Positions 26,451-39,307 are shown, counted from the stretch's first letter. The stretch: 64,000 nt of DNA from Bigelowiella natans CCMP2755 (GCA_000320545.1 ADNK01001197.1:62001-126000), one strand, 5' to 3'. A program made the numbers and translations. The notes: a model not told the origin generated them from the sequence alone.

Positions 26451-27036
26451 TGTATCAGTGAAGACGAATGAGATTATTGTGAGGGTGTGTCTATCATTAC
26501 TGGTACTGCTAAATAACTTTTAGGTTCAGAGGGTATTGTGTATAGCACGGCATCATTTTTACATGATGACTCGATGGACTATATGGCCAGAATGAACATA
26601 TGATGGAATGGAATAGGATGAAGTTATTGTTATTATTTTATTTATTGTAGTCATTTAATTAGGTAGTTCACGTGCGTACACGTACATATGCAGCTATGCT
26701 ATTGATAAGACTGGTAGTACGCATGTAGGCTGGTGTCCTGAGTACACATGTACGCACCGTACACCTATAGATACGGCCATATGATGCGTGAGGTCTACGC
26801 ACGGGCAAAGACGTAGAGACTTTCTATGCGAGGAGGCTGTGCACACAAGTATACTGGCATGACTACACTACAGTACAGACTAGGCGCGCGCTGCTCAGTA
26901 GCATAGCTAGACAGTAGTGATTGCAGACAGCTGGCATGCCTGCAGCATGTGCGTACTGTTAGTGCGTACGTGCACCGCTAGACCGCACCGTGATCGATAC
27001 GATCGATGCTGCGACATTTTGCATGCCACAGCATGT

Positions 27037-27060
27037 CTAGCTAGCTAGCTAGCTAGCTAG
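27037..27060. repeat. (CTAG)6 microsatellite in a convergent spacer
   Basis: Read directly. Shorter (CTAG)n runs also occur at ~18075, ~27118 and ~38570. Confidence 0.9.
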
Positions 27061-27899
27061 GTGTGTGCATGCATGCGCGAGGCGACGATGACAATGATCG
27101 GGCTAGCTGCGCTGTTAGCTAGCTAGCGCTAGAGCGGGCATCGCTAGATTGCTAGATCGCAAGCCTGTGACTTGCAAGCACGCATGCGTACGAATTTGCT
27201 CTCATTGCGCTGTTCGTAGCTCCTCTAGCTAGCTAGCTCCTCGATCGGCCCACGTCGCGTCATTGTTAATGGCGACGCCAGCCATAGCCAGCATGGCTAG
27301 CACAGATGGCTTGTTCCTAGCTTCGTGCTACGATGCGCCCCACTCACATCTCCAAGCTAGCAAAGATCTGGTAAGCCCCTCTAGCCCTGATCGAGGCCGC
27401 CGACAGCATGCTAGCATGTGAATGTTGTAGCTTTGCTTTGCTACACAACAAAGGTCTAAGCAAGTGTACATCTTTCGTCGAAGCACATCTAATAATAGAC
27501 ACAGCAATACACTATATTTGCATGTCTATCATTCTAGCGCCACGTTTATGCGGCAAGTGTCTAGAGTGTGGCAGTGAGTCATCTCGAGCCGCCCGATGCA
27601 ACGCGTGCCGCCATCAACACTGAGTACTAGAGTAGCTAGGTAGCTGCGCAAGCACCGCATCGATCTCGGGATCATGGCAAGCAGCACGGGCGATATTCTG
27701 GATATTCCGCAGTGGCGTACCAGATGGCAAACGTGATGGGATCTGCACGGAACCCGCATCATGATGATGTTCGTTGATGAAACAAATCTAGAAATCGCAG
27801 ATGCAGAAAGGTCGAGAAACTCTATTGGAGCAGAAACTGGGTGAAATGCTCACTCGTCATAGCCACATTGCACACAGGACTAGTATTCAATGATAATGC

Positions 27900-29044
27900 T
27901 TAGAGCTCATCCTGATTATTATCGGCAGCGACAACATTGTGACTATCATCGTTACCACCATCGTCCGTGCCTAGATTGCTCGCATCTTGGGCAGCTTTCG
28001 GGTTGACTACAGAAGAAATTGCGACCAACAGTGACTCTTTCGATGTGGGAGCGATGTCCTGGCCAAGCTCCCATATCATCATTCCTCCGAGTCCCTCCTA
28101 TTAAAAATAAAATTTGATCTATACGCATACCTCGCATTTCGATGCCTTCCATATTACCCTTACAGCATACTTCGTCTTATGGGCGATCATCTTGACTCCA
28201 TTAAAGTAGTATTTGCCCACACCATTTTTCTCTAAATATTTTCAAAGGTGCATCGATGGTTGCTACATTGTTGCTGCTGTCGTCACAATATTCACTATAA
28301 CGTCAATGTATAATGCGATCTCAGTGGATAGTCTCTCTCTCCCCTCTCCCCCCCTCTCTCTTTCTCTTTCTTTCCCTCGATTCTACTTGGAGAGAGAGGA
28401 TGATAGTTCCGGTGGATCTCCTCGTATGTTTTTGCATCGCCTGTCTCGATGTGACGGGCGTAAAACGGTATCCCGAGGCATAAACGCGTCTTTGGAAGTG
28501 ACTCTGCTTCCCAATTCGACACTGATACCGACCATTATGAAAGTGAGAGAAAATGTGTAATTACAATATAATATGAAAAACAAGAGTAGTAACAGTTCTG
28601 AAACTGTAGATTGGCATCTAATAAAAGAAACTGGCAATAAATGCGTATACTGTGCTGATGACCATACGCTATTGTTTTCTGGTGTTTAATTTTTAAGAAT
28701 TTCCCGACCAGTTTGTTTTGCTAGTGCCAACGTTGAGTGCTTGCCAGGAACCTGAAGATTACACACAAGAAACATCGAAAAATGTCACCCAAAAAAGGGG
28801 GTGGCGGATGAGAAGGGAGGATGACGAGAAAACGAGGTAGGACGCAGAAAACATCAGATAAAAATTTAAAGGGAGGGGAAAAGAGAGAGACATAAAATAA
28901 CAGAATATTTGTTTATAACGTGAACTATTGGGGTGTGCGTCCTTCTTTCTACCTACCTTATCGTACGACATACTGTGGAAAAGATCCACATATTTTGAAA
29001 GTCCTATTACGTAGAACATAACATCACAAATCTGGATAATTATG

Positions 29045-29082
<38 letters not shown>

Positions 29083-30583
29083 ATGTGTACAATTTTTAAT
29101 CTTCCTACATCATAGAAGTTCACAATAACGCCTATGACCTAGAATCGATATAATCTTTTCCTGTCGCGTGTCTGGATAGTAGGCCATAGTCACAGTCCCT
29201 TCTTGCGTCCGAGGTTTGCAAGAATAAAGCGCCAGCGAAGCCGTATCCGGTCGTCAGATAAACGCCATTGAAGAAGGGAAAGGGCATAATAGAATGGGGA
29301 TACAAGGAAGAGAAAAAGTCAAAACAGGGTTAAAATCTTTAGTTTGTTGACATTAGCCGCTACACTTCTAATCAAATGATTCGAATTGAATTTAACAATG
29401 TATTCGCCTATACTCCTCATGATTGACTATTTTATATGCATTTCTGTTGTTGACGACTTTCTCCTAATTTAGCTTTTGTCTCCTTCAAAAGCTGTGCAAA
29501 ACCGCGCCAATCGGTCTTCGAGCTGGGATACCTGCGAAGTGACAGTTCGCAAGCACGCGTGCACATAGCGTTATACATACCATTCGTGCATTTAGTATGG
29601 ATGCACATATCATTCTCTCGGGAACAATTTAGTTGCTACTACTCCCAATTGTAGTCGACTCCGTCTAAATCGTGCTTCTTGATGAAATCAGATAGATTTT
29701 CCAGAAATTTTTGGCGGTTTGCCTGCGAGCTCACCATTCCACTATAGCCTCTAGCTGAACAATCAGTGGCACATATTGTTTTAGGTTCGTCGTATACGGT
29801 AAAGAAGAAGATGAAAAGCAGAAGCGATGAGGACATCGGGAGTGGCCTCCGAAGCATACGAGAATCTTCAAATTGTGCTGTTTCTTCGCCTCCAGAATCG
29901 TCTTCATTAAATCTTCTGATAAGGAGTAATCAAACTTATGACTAACCATAAAATGATTTCAAACATACATTTGAGTGCACTTGCTACCCAAAACATTCTT
30001 TTGAACGTTTTGACTGTCCGTATGCCTACAATCGCACGCTTTTTCCCGCACTATCTGCGCGCGCGCGCATGTGTGTAAGGTGTGTGTTTGTGGCGTGTGC
30101 TTGACTTGAAGGGAATCGATCTGTCGCTGCCAAAGTTCCGTCTTCTTCAATCTGATATCACCAGCGAAATCACAGAGTTCATTTTATGTACGCCTCCATG
30201 CTCTCTCTCTCTCCTACAAGACTCCCTCCTCCCTTCTTTCATTCAAAACCGCGATTACATTACTTCAAGAGAAAATAGGATGAGGTGAGTCAAGTGTCTT
30301 GCAGCAAGATCCCAACGCTCCGGTTCCCACCCAAGCCTGCTTCATAATTCCGTAAGATTTTTTGCGAATTCACAATCATAAGATATTGTAATTACTACTC
30401 TTCAAACCTGTACTCCGGCATGTATGCAACAACGTTGAAATTGATCGCCTCTAAATTTGATACCCGTTTAGATAATAATCCATTAAAATTATTTATTTAA
30501 CTCCGACCTGTTGCTTTAATGGGCGTCATCAACGCCAGCATGCTTAGCGCCCACAGGCCCACAGCCGTGGTACACTGTCTCAT
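27900..30583 (-). CDS. Glycoside hydrolase family 18 (chitinase-like) with signal peptide and C-terminal QDEL; multi-exon
   Basis: MRQCTTAVGLWALSMLALMTPIKA signal; VVAYMPEYR; LTHLILFSLE; KILVCFGG; LDGVDYNWEYP; VDLFHSMSYD; LGIPFYAR; GGMMIWELGQD; ends NNQDEL*. Confidence 0.88.
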
Positions 30584-30994
30584 ATCTGTAAGAAATGAGC
30601 ATACATGCCACATCGAATCAACTAATGCAACTACTATATGCAGTCCACACTGAAGGCTTCAACCAACTACCACGCAATTATTCTCGAAGGAGGAGGATAT
30701 GATCTTTTGGTGTTTAGGAAATGGTGGCCATGCTCATGAGATGTGGCGGCGACTATGTCCGATGATCAACGATGCTCCCACTACTATTTTATACCAAATA
30801 TAGGCCAGTTTTTACCTACGACAACTTCAAAAGGACGCTGATCTCTAGGATCCTAGGATCTAAGATGGTGATTTGGACGTTTCTTCTTAGATATTCGTCG
30901 GTGTTTGGAGTTGCACTGTGTGCCAATAATAACAACAACAATACGCCTCCAGAAGCAGCAAATCACAGCTCCCTCGAAAACACAGCATGCATGC

Positions 30995-33045
30995 ATGTAT
31001 AGGGACGAGGAAGAGGGGGGAGGTATCTGCTGCCTCTCAATAGCGACATCTTTAACTTCGTTGAAGCAAAGGGCAGAGACAGGTGACTCAGAAAAAATAC
31101 GGAGGACTGACACCGACTTGCAAAGAAACACTTCGAAATAAAACTAAGAGGGGACAATTACGGGACCTGAGGGTGAGAACATCCTTGAAAATCTTGATAG
31201 TAAGGCTGCGACTCTCCAAGAGGCAAACGGAATGAGACGTCCACGGTTCGAGACCCCTAGCATAACAACACCAGCGGTGGAGCAGAAGTCCTATCGAGTG
31301 TAAGAGAATCTAATGTAGTTGTAGTAGCAGTAGTCGCATATCCGAGTAGTATCAGAGTAGCTGCTTTCCACCACCCGCTGGCATTATCATAACCAATATA
31401 TTTCAATTTAGGGACAAACACGGAGCGACCTTTCAGCATGGCGCTTTGACGATCACGGAGGAGGGGGTCAAGGTAATTTGATAACTGCACTTCGCCTTGT
31501 TGTGGTAGAGTGCTATCGATGATAATAATTCTGAGAGACAATCCTGTGATTCGTCGAGGAAGAAGATGATTTGATTTCATTCTATTTCTATATCATTATG
31601 CAGCACGGAGTTGGAGAGGAAGTGAACTCCAAAATAAAGTTCGAAGACGTAAAGGTTGGCTGCTGTGCCTCATTGCTCTAGTAGATCAGAATTTCGCAAA
31701 AAATAACATCGGGGCTACAGTGCTGTTGGAAAACTTAGAACCAACAGCATTCCACCAATCGTTCACGCATTATTATCATTTTCCATTGCTCAAAAAGATG
31801 ATGGAGAAGCTCGGCACCGGCACCTCGGGCGTCGTCCATAGAGCTATATACGAAAGGAAAGACATAGCAATAAAGGTCAGTTAGCGTTCGTCCTTATCTT
31901 CCGAAGTATGCCAAAGATGGTTTATAAATCTGTTGCTTATACGCAAGCATGTACAAAAATATACATCGGTATGTTTCCATTTCCGATTTGCATTATTGCT
32001 GACAACTGAAAAACCAATGGGCAGGTGATTGATATATATGAGCGTCAAAAGCGCCACCAGTTGCTCAAAGAAATACGGGGAATGTCGAAGGTGTGAGAAT
32101 AGAAGCACGGTTATTGCTCTGGAGAAGAAGTGAGGAGATATCGGGATTATGGAAGTCACTAGTGAATTATTTTGCCATACTCTCTGTTCATTTTAACATA
32201 TCATCCAACTTATTCCTCCCCATGTAAATATGTTCGTTGTACAGGCGATATCACCGTTCATAGCCTCGTTCTTCGGCGCCTTTTTCCACGACGGTTCAAT
32301 ATATATCGCCCTTGAATTCCTCGACGCGGGATCTCTTGAGGTGGGTACTACTACTTTTCATAGGAGGCAGCAGCAGCAGCAGCAGCAGCTGCTGTACAGT
32401 CCTTTTCCCTACCTCTCTAAATCAATGATGTTCTCATAAAATCTAATCTCTATCAAGGATATACTCAAAGTGACAACATTTCCCATTCCTGCGATTCGGC
32501 TAGTGGCCCGGCAGTTAGTAGCTGGCCTCGACGCAATCCACACACTCAAACAAATGCATCGAGACATCAAGCCCTCCAACATATGCCTTAGCACTAAAGG
32601 GGAGGTAGTATGTGCTTCACGATATCATATCCTGTCGTATTATACAAGGCCTCTATAAGCTATTCTTTTCATTGTATGCACGACTTATTGAGCATAGCCT
32701 TGTAAAAAAAATTGGTAGCAGTTGTTACAGTAGCATGATGATGGTGGTGACGATGGTGATGATGATAATCTGCATGTAATCTGCTCCTCGCACCATCGTA
32801 GTTTCAAAGCCTAATCTATATCGTCGATTCACCACCCGACATCATCATCATCACCATCATCATTGTCATTACCAGGCAAAGCTTACAGACTTCGGCATAT
32901 CACGAGAGATGTCTAAGACGCTCGATAAGGCCAAGACCTTCATAGGAACCGTCACGTAAGTAGTTGCAGTATTTGGAGTGTGATTGGAGGAAGTGGGTTA
33001 GATGTTCGCAAAGTAGAAGGAAAGCTGATGAGGTGGAGTGGGTTA

Positions 33046-33081
<36 letters not shown>

Positions 33082-33662
33082 GTATGGCGGCAAGTAAAAA
33101 TCATGATAAAGTAAACGGATAGAGACAAACTCGTGAACCGAAGGGTGGTGTCATGGCAAAAAGCACGACCTCTCTTTCTCCTAGGATCATCATCATCATC
33201 ATCATCATCACAATATGTGTGTGTGTGTTGTCGCCGTTACACATGGTTTGTACTCAGGTACATGTCGCCAGAGCGTATTCAAGGCGGTGAGTACAACCTG
33301 AACAGTGATATATGGTCCTTGGGCCTTACCCTACTTCAAAGGTGGTGGTGGTGGTGGTGGTGGTGGTTGTGACGACGACGATGATGATGAAGAAGATAAT
33401 GATTACAAAAATATCATAAAGGAAGAAAGAACAAAGAACACGCAAATACTGTGTTGCATGTCAAACATCGTTAGCCTGATGATGATAAGATGACGTCAAG
33501 AAGGAGTCTTTGTCATTATCATGTGTGTTTTTCAATTCATCTTCATCATCAGCGTCATCGGTCGGTATCCCTACTCGTTAACTGGAGTGTATTTGGAGCT
33601 GATGCAGCAAATAGGTGCTTAGGGAAGGACACGGACTAAGAATTACGGGGCTATTTGCTTGA

Positions 33663-33694
<32 letters not shown>

Positions 33695-33811
33695 ATGTAA
33701 TACATGCTAAGAAAAGAGCATGGGTTGATTGATTGATTATCATCATCAGTGCAAAATCCTGCTCCGTCTTTCCCTATAAACGACCGTGACCGTGAGGGGT
33801 CAAAGGCCAAG

Positions 33812-33850
<39 letters not shown>

Positions 33851-33874
33851 AGTACAGCTGCTGAGACTACTTAA

Positions 33875-33925
<51 letters not shown>

Positions 33926-34818
33926 CTTAAATAAATAGTAGTGTGTATTCTCTCATTCTGCAGTCCTTCGACTCAGAAGATTTAAACTTATTCTGCGTTG
34001 CAGCTTTCTCACATTGGTGTTTGTTGTATTGGGTTGATGATGTGCTGCAGGCTGCAGTTGCGTTCTCAGTTCCGTGATATCATCGCTCTATGTCTGCAAA
34101 AAGACCCCAAGAAGCGAATCTCATCCAAAGATCTACTGGTACTACTGCAAGTATCTGATGGGATGAGCACACCATTTATAGTTCTACATTCATACATTAT
34201 GAATATATGTGCGTGTGTGTGTATGTGTGTGTTTCTGTTTTGCTCATCTTCAGCATCATCTTCATTTGTTTTTTTTCATTCGTCAGAATCACAATTTTTT
34301 GGCCATACCAGACGAGAAGTTAGATCAAGATAAGGTTGTTGAAAACACACAAAAGTAGACGAATTGTCTCACCATGCGGTATCTATGCATCCGCTGAGAA
34401 CAGCCATGCCACAAATTTAAGCCAAACGCATCATTCTTTTTGCGCCAAAACATACGAAAGTACGTCACATCTCCATCATCCTACCAATGGTTATGTGTCT
34501 ACTTCATTCATTAGAGCTCCTTTGATTTGTTCTCTTTCTAGAAGCATTTGGCCTCTTGGATATTGAAAGTAAAGAAAAAAGAAAGACAGGAAAAGGTGGT
34601 TTGCATGATATAACGTACCCTTTACGACAACCTTCCGTCGTCATCGTGAATCACGTTGACAATCTATTTTCAATATTCTCCATTACTTTTCCATGCAGCA
34701 CGACCCAAATGCGAGCAATATGAACCGCGCGACAAGCATAGGTACAACATCTTCAACTACGTCAGTGAATCAAAGCAGAACTAGTGTGAAAACGACAGAA
34801 TCGGGAAGTAACAACTAG
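30995..34818 (+). CDS. MAP kinase kinase (STE7/MAP2K family); many exons, start uncertain
   Basis: [62 protein letters not shown] (T-x5-T activation loop), [16 protein letters not shown]. Confidence 0.9.
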
Positions 34819-35623
34819 CGATGACCAGATGATGGCACGGTCAACATGAAAGAAAAGCATCAAAACCTCTTGAAAGGAGATGCAACAGCGAGTAGCTAAT
34901 TTGGTGCAGTTGAGCAGAAATTGACATCATGTGTAGAAACCGTTCATTGTGCTCTTTCGATCGTGACATGAAGATGATCCACGCGGGCAAGCATCAAGCG
35001 TGCTGATTTGCAAATACAACGCATGCTCAGACGCATCTGTGGCACCTGTGAACCTCATGTGTTTGGTGGAACAATGACAATATGACAATCCATCAATTGA
35101 CAATGCTACAATGGATGACACAGTAACAGTCATCTGCCAAATCTGGTTCAAAATTCGCAGAAACTACGTGCTACTAGTGCTAGCTAGTCTCAACGTAACC
35201 GACGCTGCAGCTATACATGGTGCAAATGCGCATGCTAGCTATGGTGATGCCACACGTGTGAATGGAATGGACGTGCACAGTGAGTATAGGAGTGGCACAT
35301 GAGCTCATGCATGCATGACACACTTGGCTAGTTGGGCTCCAGCAACACCACCGCTCAGCAGATGTTCATCATTGTGCGCCGCAAGCTAGCAAGGCCAAAA
35401 ATGTTTGTCAACAGAAGCACCAAATCAAGGCATGAATTCTAGAATTGAAACAATCTTTAATTGTTCATTTGAATTGAATCGAAATTCACGTTCTCACATG
35501 TCTAGATGTGCTTATATTAGCGCTGTAGCCGCTGCATTGCGCAGCTACATGAGGATGATCATTAAACAAATTTAATTGATTAATTACATCCGTCTTACAT
35601 GTGCTTGGCACGCTTTGAGAAAG

Positions 35624-35971
35624 TTTTCAATGAATTCCAATGGATTCCATTTTTTGTTCAAGTCGTTGATTGCTCTTTCACTTTTTTCAAAATTTTGATT
35701 GTTCTTTTAATTATTCTTTTTCTTTTTCATTTCGGTCATCAAAATAAAAATGCATTCTTTTATGATTAGCTTTGAGATCTATGAAACTCTTCTCGCAAAG
35801 CTTTTTTTCAATGAATTTAATGGATTTCATATTTGTTTAAGTTTTGATTGCTCTTTTTACTTTTTTCAAGTTTTTGATTGTTCTTTTAATTGTTCTTATT
35901 CTTTCATTTCGGTTATTAGAAAGAGAATAATTTATTTGTGATTAGTTACGAGATCTATGAAATTCTTCTCG
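35624..35971. repeat. Diverged ~170-bp tandem duplication of the kinase 3' end and 3' flank (copies ~35624-35795 and ~35805-35971)
   Basis: Both copies run TTTTCAATGAAT...GATTGCTCTTT...TTTTGATTGTTCTTTTAATT...TTTCATTTCGGT...TGATTAG...GAGATCTATGAAA.TCTTCTCG. Confidence 0.85.
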
Positions 35972-36957
35972 AGATTCTCTGAGGATAGTACTTCCATTGC
36001 CATCCATTTACTTTCAAGTACTTCCTTCAGAGTTGCACGATTTTTCGGATCAATGCAAAGCATTCTATGAATGATTTTCTTAAAATCACTGTGAAATTTA
36101 GCATGTTTTTCATGTGCTCTCCAGAAGGATATCCAATCACCGTTTTTTATCTTCCTATACCAATGATCTTCTATTGTTGGTTCTGCATAAGGTGGGAATC
36201 CGCAATAAAGAAGGAATGCGAGGACTCCGAGACTCCAGACATCAATGGCTAAAGTTTGATGACCATCAATTAAAACTTCGGGGGCCGCGTATGCTTCGGT
36301 CCCACATTTAGTTTTCATGGTGGTAACACGGGATGTCGAGGATGAGAATGGAATCGCCGCGTAACCAAAATCGCAGACTATAGGTTGAAATTTCCCATCA
36401 AGTAAAATATTTTCCGGTTTGATGTCCCTATGTATCACTCCAGAATCGTGACAAGCTTTTATTGCGCCAAAAATCTTAACCAAGAGAGTCCTGCACATTC
36501 TCTCAGGAAAAATCTTCTCAGGAGAATGTCCGTATGCAATCATGAATGCAAGTAGGTCCCCATTTCCGGCAAATGGTACCACAACAGCAGGGGCACCTTT
36601 CCAATCAGCAAATGCTGCGATGCATTTGTTGACATTTGGATGGGAAACGAGATTCATCGCATCCCTCTCCCTCTGAAAGGTAAGTCGTGGGAGATTGTCT
36701 TCTTCGGAAAAGTGCTTTATGGCCACTATTTCTCCAGTTTTAACATCTTGAGCTTTGTAAACAGAACCGCTGGCGCCATTTCCCACGTGCTTCTTAACAT
36801 TATAGAATGTATCGACAGATTTATTAATTTTTTGGTTTGAGGTTGGCATGATTTTGAGTTGTGGAGAGCTCCAGTGTGCACGATGCCAGGTTCTTGTGAT
36901 TCCCCGAGGAGAGGGAAAAAGGGGAATAAATTGTGCAATTAACCTTGTCGCAGACAC
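35932..36957 (-). CDS. Intronless CAMK-like Ser/Thr protein kinase (likely ATG at ~36849)
   Basis: VGNGASGSV, VAIK, HRDIKPENILL, DFG, CGTEAYAAPE, DVWSLG, LCIDPKNR in one ORF. Confidence 0.9.
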   Translation of the reverse strand: MSATRLIAQFIPLFPSPRGITRTWHRAHWSSPQLKIMPTSNQKINKSVDTFYNVKKHVGNGASGSVYKAQDVKTGEIVAIKHFSEEDNLPRLTFQRERDAMNLVSHPNVNKCIAAFADWKGAPAVVVPFAGNGDLLAFMIAYGHSPEKIFPERMCRTLLVKIFGAIKACHDSGVIHRDIKPENILLDGKFQPIVCDFGYAAIPFSSSTSRVTTMKTKCGTEAYAAPEVLIDGHQTLAIDVWSLGVLAFLLYCGFPPYAEPTIEDHWYRKIKNGDWISFWRAHEKHAKFHSDFKKIIHRMLCIDPKNRATLKEVLESKWMAMEVLSSENLEKNFIDLVTNHK

Positions 36958-37230
36958 CTTTTCGTGGCAAATTTAATGTGGACAGCCCTTCCTGCCACAC
37001 GTTCAATTTCTTCTCCAAACGTCGGTGCCGATGAGCACCAGAAAGATTACATTTTCTCTAAACGGAAATTAAGAAATATACCTAGATATGGTTGTCGCAG
37101 TATATTAAATGACCCGACTCCTCGCCGTTTTTGCAATCGAAGAGAGAAGTATTACTTCGATCAGGAAAAATGTGCTCGCTCGGGCCGTCCATGCCGACAC
37201 AACCCAGGATACTTTTGAACCGACTAGACG

Positions 37231-38232
37231 ATGGAAAACAGCCGTCAGCAGGACGACATTTCAGCCTCGACGCTCACAGCCGTCGAGCAAAATGATCTAA
37301 AAGGCATGCAGAGGCTCATAATCCAGCATGGACGAGATCGCATTTTGAATTATCTGCATCGAGATGACAAGGATCCCTACAGAAACTCGGGAACGGTGCT
37401 CCATTGGTGCGTCTGGCATCGACACTGGGAGCTCTTTCGCTTGTGTGCCGTGCAGGGTGCAAAACTTGAGGTTAAGGGATCGGGGGGTGGGTGGCTAAAT
37501 GGAAGGACCCCGGAGCAATACGCGAAATGGCTGGACGACAAGGCCGGTCACCCGTGGTACGAGCATCAGAAGGAGATTAAAGAATGTGTGAAGGATGCGG
37601 AAAAATGTAATCTGTCCAAAGTGTTTATCCAAGAACCGATACCCAGGGTATCGACTCTCACCTTAGAGCACAAGTATGCTCTTAATGAAATGGTGGAGCA
37701 AAACGCTCTGGATAGCCTGAAAACCTCTGTGGAGCGTTGTGGTATTCAAATTCTCCACGCGCAAGTTCACGCCAAAGGAGAGGCCAATTATGCATGCACC
37801 ATCATGCATGCTTGCGTGTGGCACCGGCATTGGGAAATGCTAAGATTCTGCATTGAAAAAGGCGCCAACATCGAGACGAAGGCTTCCGGGATGTACTGGG
37901 TAGGTGGCAAATCCGTGAAGGAATACGCCAAGAAGCTGGATGACGAATGCGGTCATAACTACTATAAACATGTTGAGATGGTTGACAAGTGCATCGAGGA
38001 AGCTAAAGCGGATCATGAAGATGCCAAATCTGGCAATGGCGCCGGGAATGCTTCTTCATCCAACAATGGCAATGCTCAATGTGTTGTCTGCTTGGAAAGA
38101 CCCAGAACTAGGATGTGCACTCCATGCAATCACCTGTGTCTCTGCGAAGTCGACGCATCGAGCGAGCACATTCAACGGTGTCCCATCTGTAGGGTGCCTG
38201 TCACAGGTTTCACTGTGGTTTACAATCCGTAA
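37231..38232 (+). CDS. Intronless protein with two internal ankyrin-like repeats and a C-terminal IAP/MDM2-type RING finger (putative E3 ligase)
   Basis: Duplicated unit T[VI][LM]HxCVWHRHWE..R.C...GA..E.K......G.....YAK.LDD..GH..Y.H; RING CVVCLERPRTRMCTPCNHLCLCEVD...CPICR. Confidence 0.8.
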   Translation: MENSRQQDDISASTLTAVEQNDLKGMQRLIIQHGRDRILNYLHRDDKDPYRNSGTVLHWCVWHRHWELFRLCAVQGAKLEVKGSGGGWLNGRTPEQYAKWLDDKAGHPWYEHQKEIKECVKDAEKCNLSKVFIQEPIPRVSTLTLEHKYALNEMVEQNALDSLKTSVERCGIQILHAQVHAKGEANYACTIMHACVWHRHWEMLRFCIEKGANIETKASGMYWVGGKSVKEYAKKLDDECGHNYYKHVEMVDKCIEEAKADHEDAKSGNGAGNASSSNNGNAQCVVCLERPRTRMCTPCNHLCLCEVDASSEHIQRCPICRVPVTGFTVVYNP

Positions 38233-39307
38233 TGATGGCCCTGGCACTAGACAGCTTGAGGCTGATGAATGCCCACTCAGAATGGCATGCGCATGCGCAC
38301 GTAGTCGCTCAGCTTGCACAATGGACATGCATGTGATTGAGAAGAATGTAATGATTCATGATAGCGATTGAACAATTATTGATTTTCCAGATCATTTGAT
38401 CATGCAATGGTCATTCCCAAGTGCAGCCATGCAAAGCAGCGGCTACAGCTAGACAGCGCTCAGATTGTGCACTGTGATTCTTCTTTTGTGATGTCTTTCG
38501 CATGCATGACTAGATGATCGCGCACACGCGAAGTTGCAGACAGCTCTCCTATGCCAGCATGGCTAGCAGCTAGCTAGTTAGCAGACACAACCAGTTCAAA
38601 CCTGCGCAAATGCACATGGCAGGTTTCGTGGGTTTCAAATGGAATTTTTGCACCCACGTGCACAACTCTCCTCTTGCGCGCTGCAGCTAAGTGTTGCCGG
38701 GTTTGACCGGGAGTTGTGCATGACTAGATGACCCACAACTGGGCGAAACCCGGGAATTTTCATGGTTGATCTAGATGGACGCCGCCGCATTTTGCTGCAT
38801 TTTTTGCTGCTTGCATCGCACATCTTTAGATCTAGCCACCATGCCACATGATTGCAATCAGTTCGATGACATGGCATGGTCCAAAACTCAAGTATACAAG
38901 CAAAGTCCACACTTGTGTGCGAATTTTGATGGTTTGAAGGGCTAGAGGTCACAGCATATGCATGGCTTGACAGGCCACATTGCACATTGTGATCATTTGC
39001 ATGCCGGGCAACAGCAACCAACCGTGCCTGGTTGCTGCCATCGGGTAGCCCGTGCGACCTACTCTGTTGTTTTCCTAGTTAATCTTTTGTGCAACTTGCA
39101 TTAAGAGCGTGCCTAAGCACATGGACTTTGTGTCTCCACAGCGTACGCACATGCGAACATGAGTAGTTCACATCATATGTTCTTCGTTACATGAGTACAT
39201 ATGTTTTTAGAGCACATATGTGTTAAAGTAACATGTGTGCTGAAAACCCGGTACGCTATGTAGACTTTATGTCTCTATATAAGCACTACTGCTGCTGCCA
39301 TCTTAGG

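Noticed and set aside
26640-27760. CRISPR array, MITE or satellite interpretation of the palindrome-rich spacers
   Set aside because: No regular repeat-spacer periodicity, no long terminal inverted repeats or target-site duplications, and no transposase nearby.
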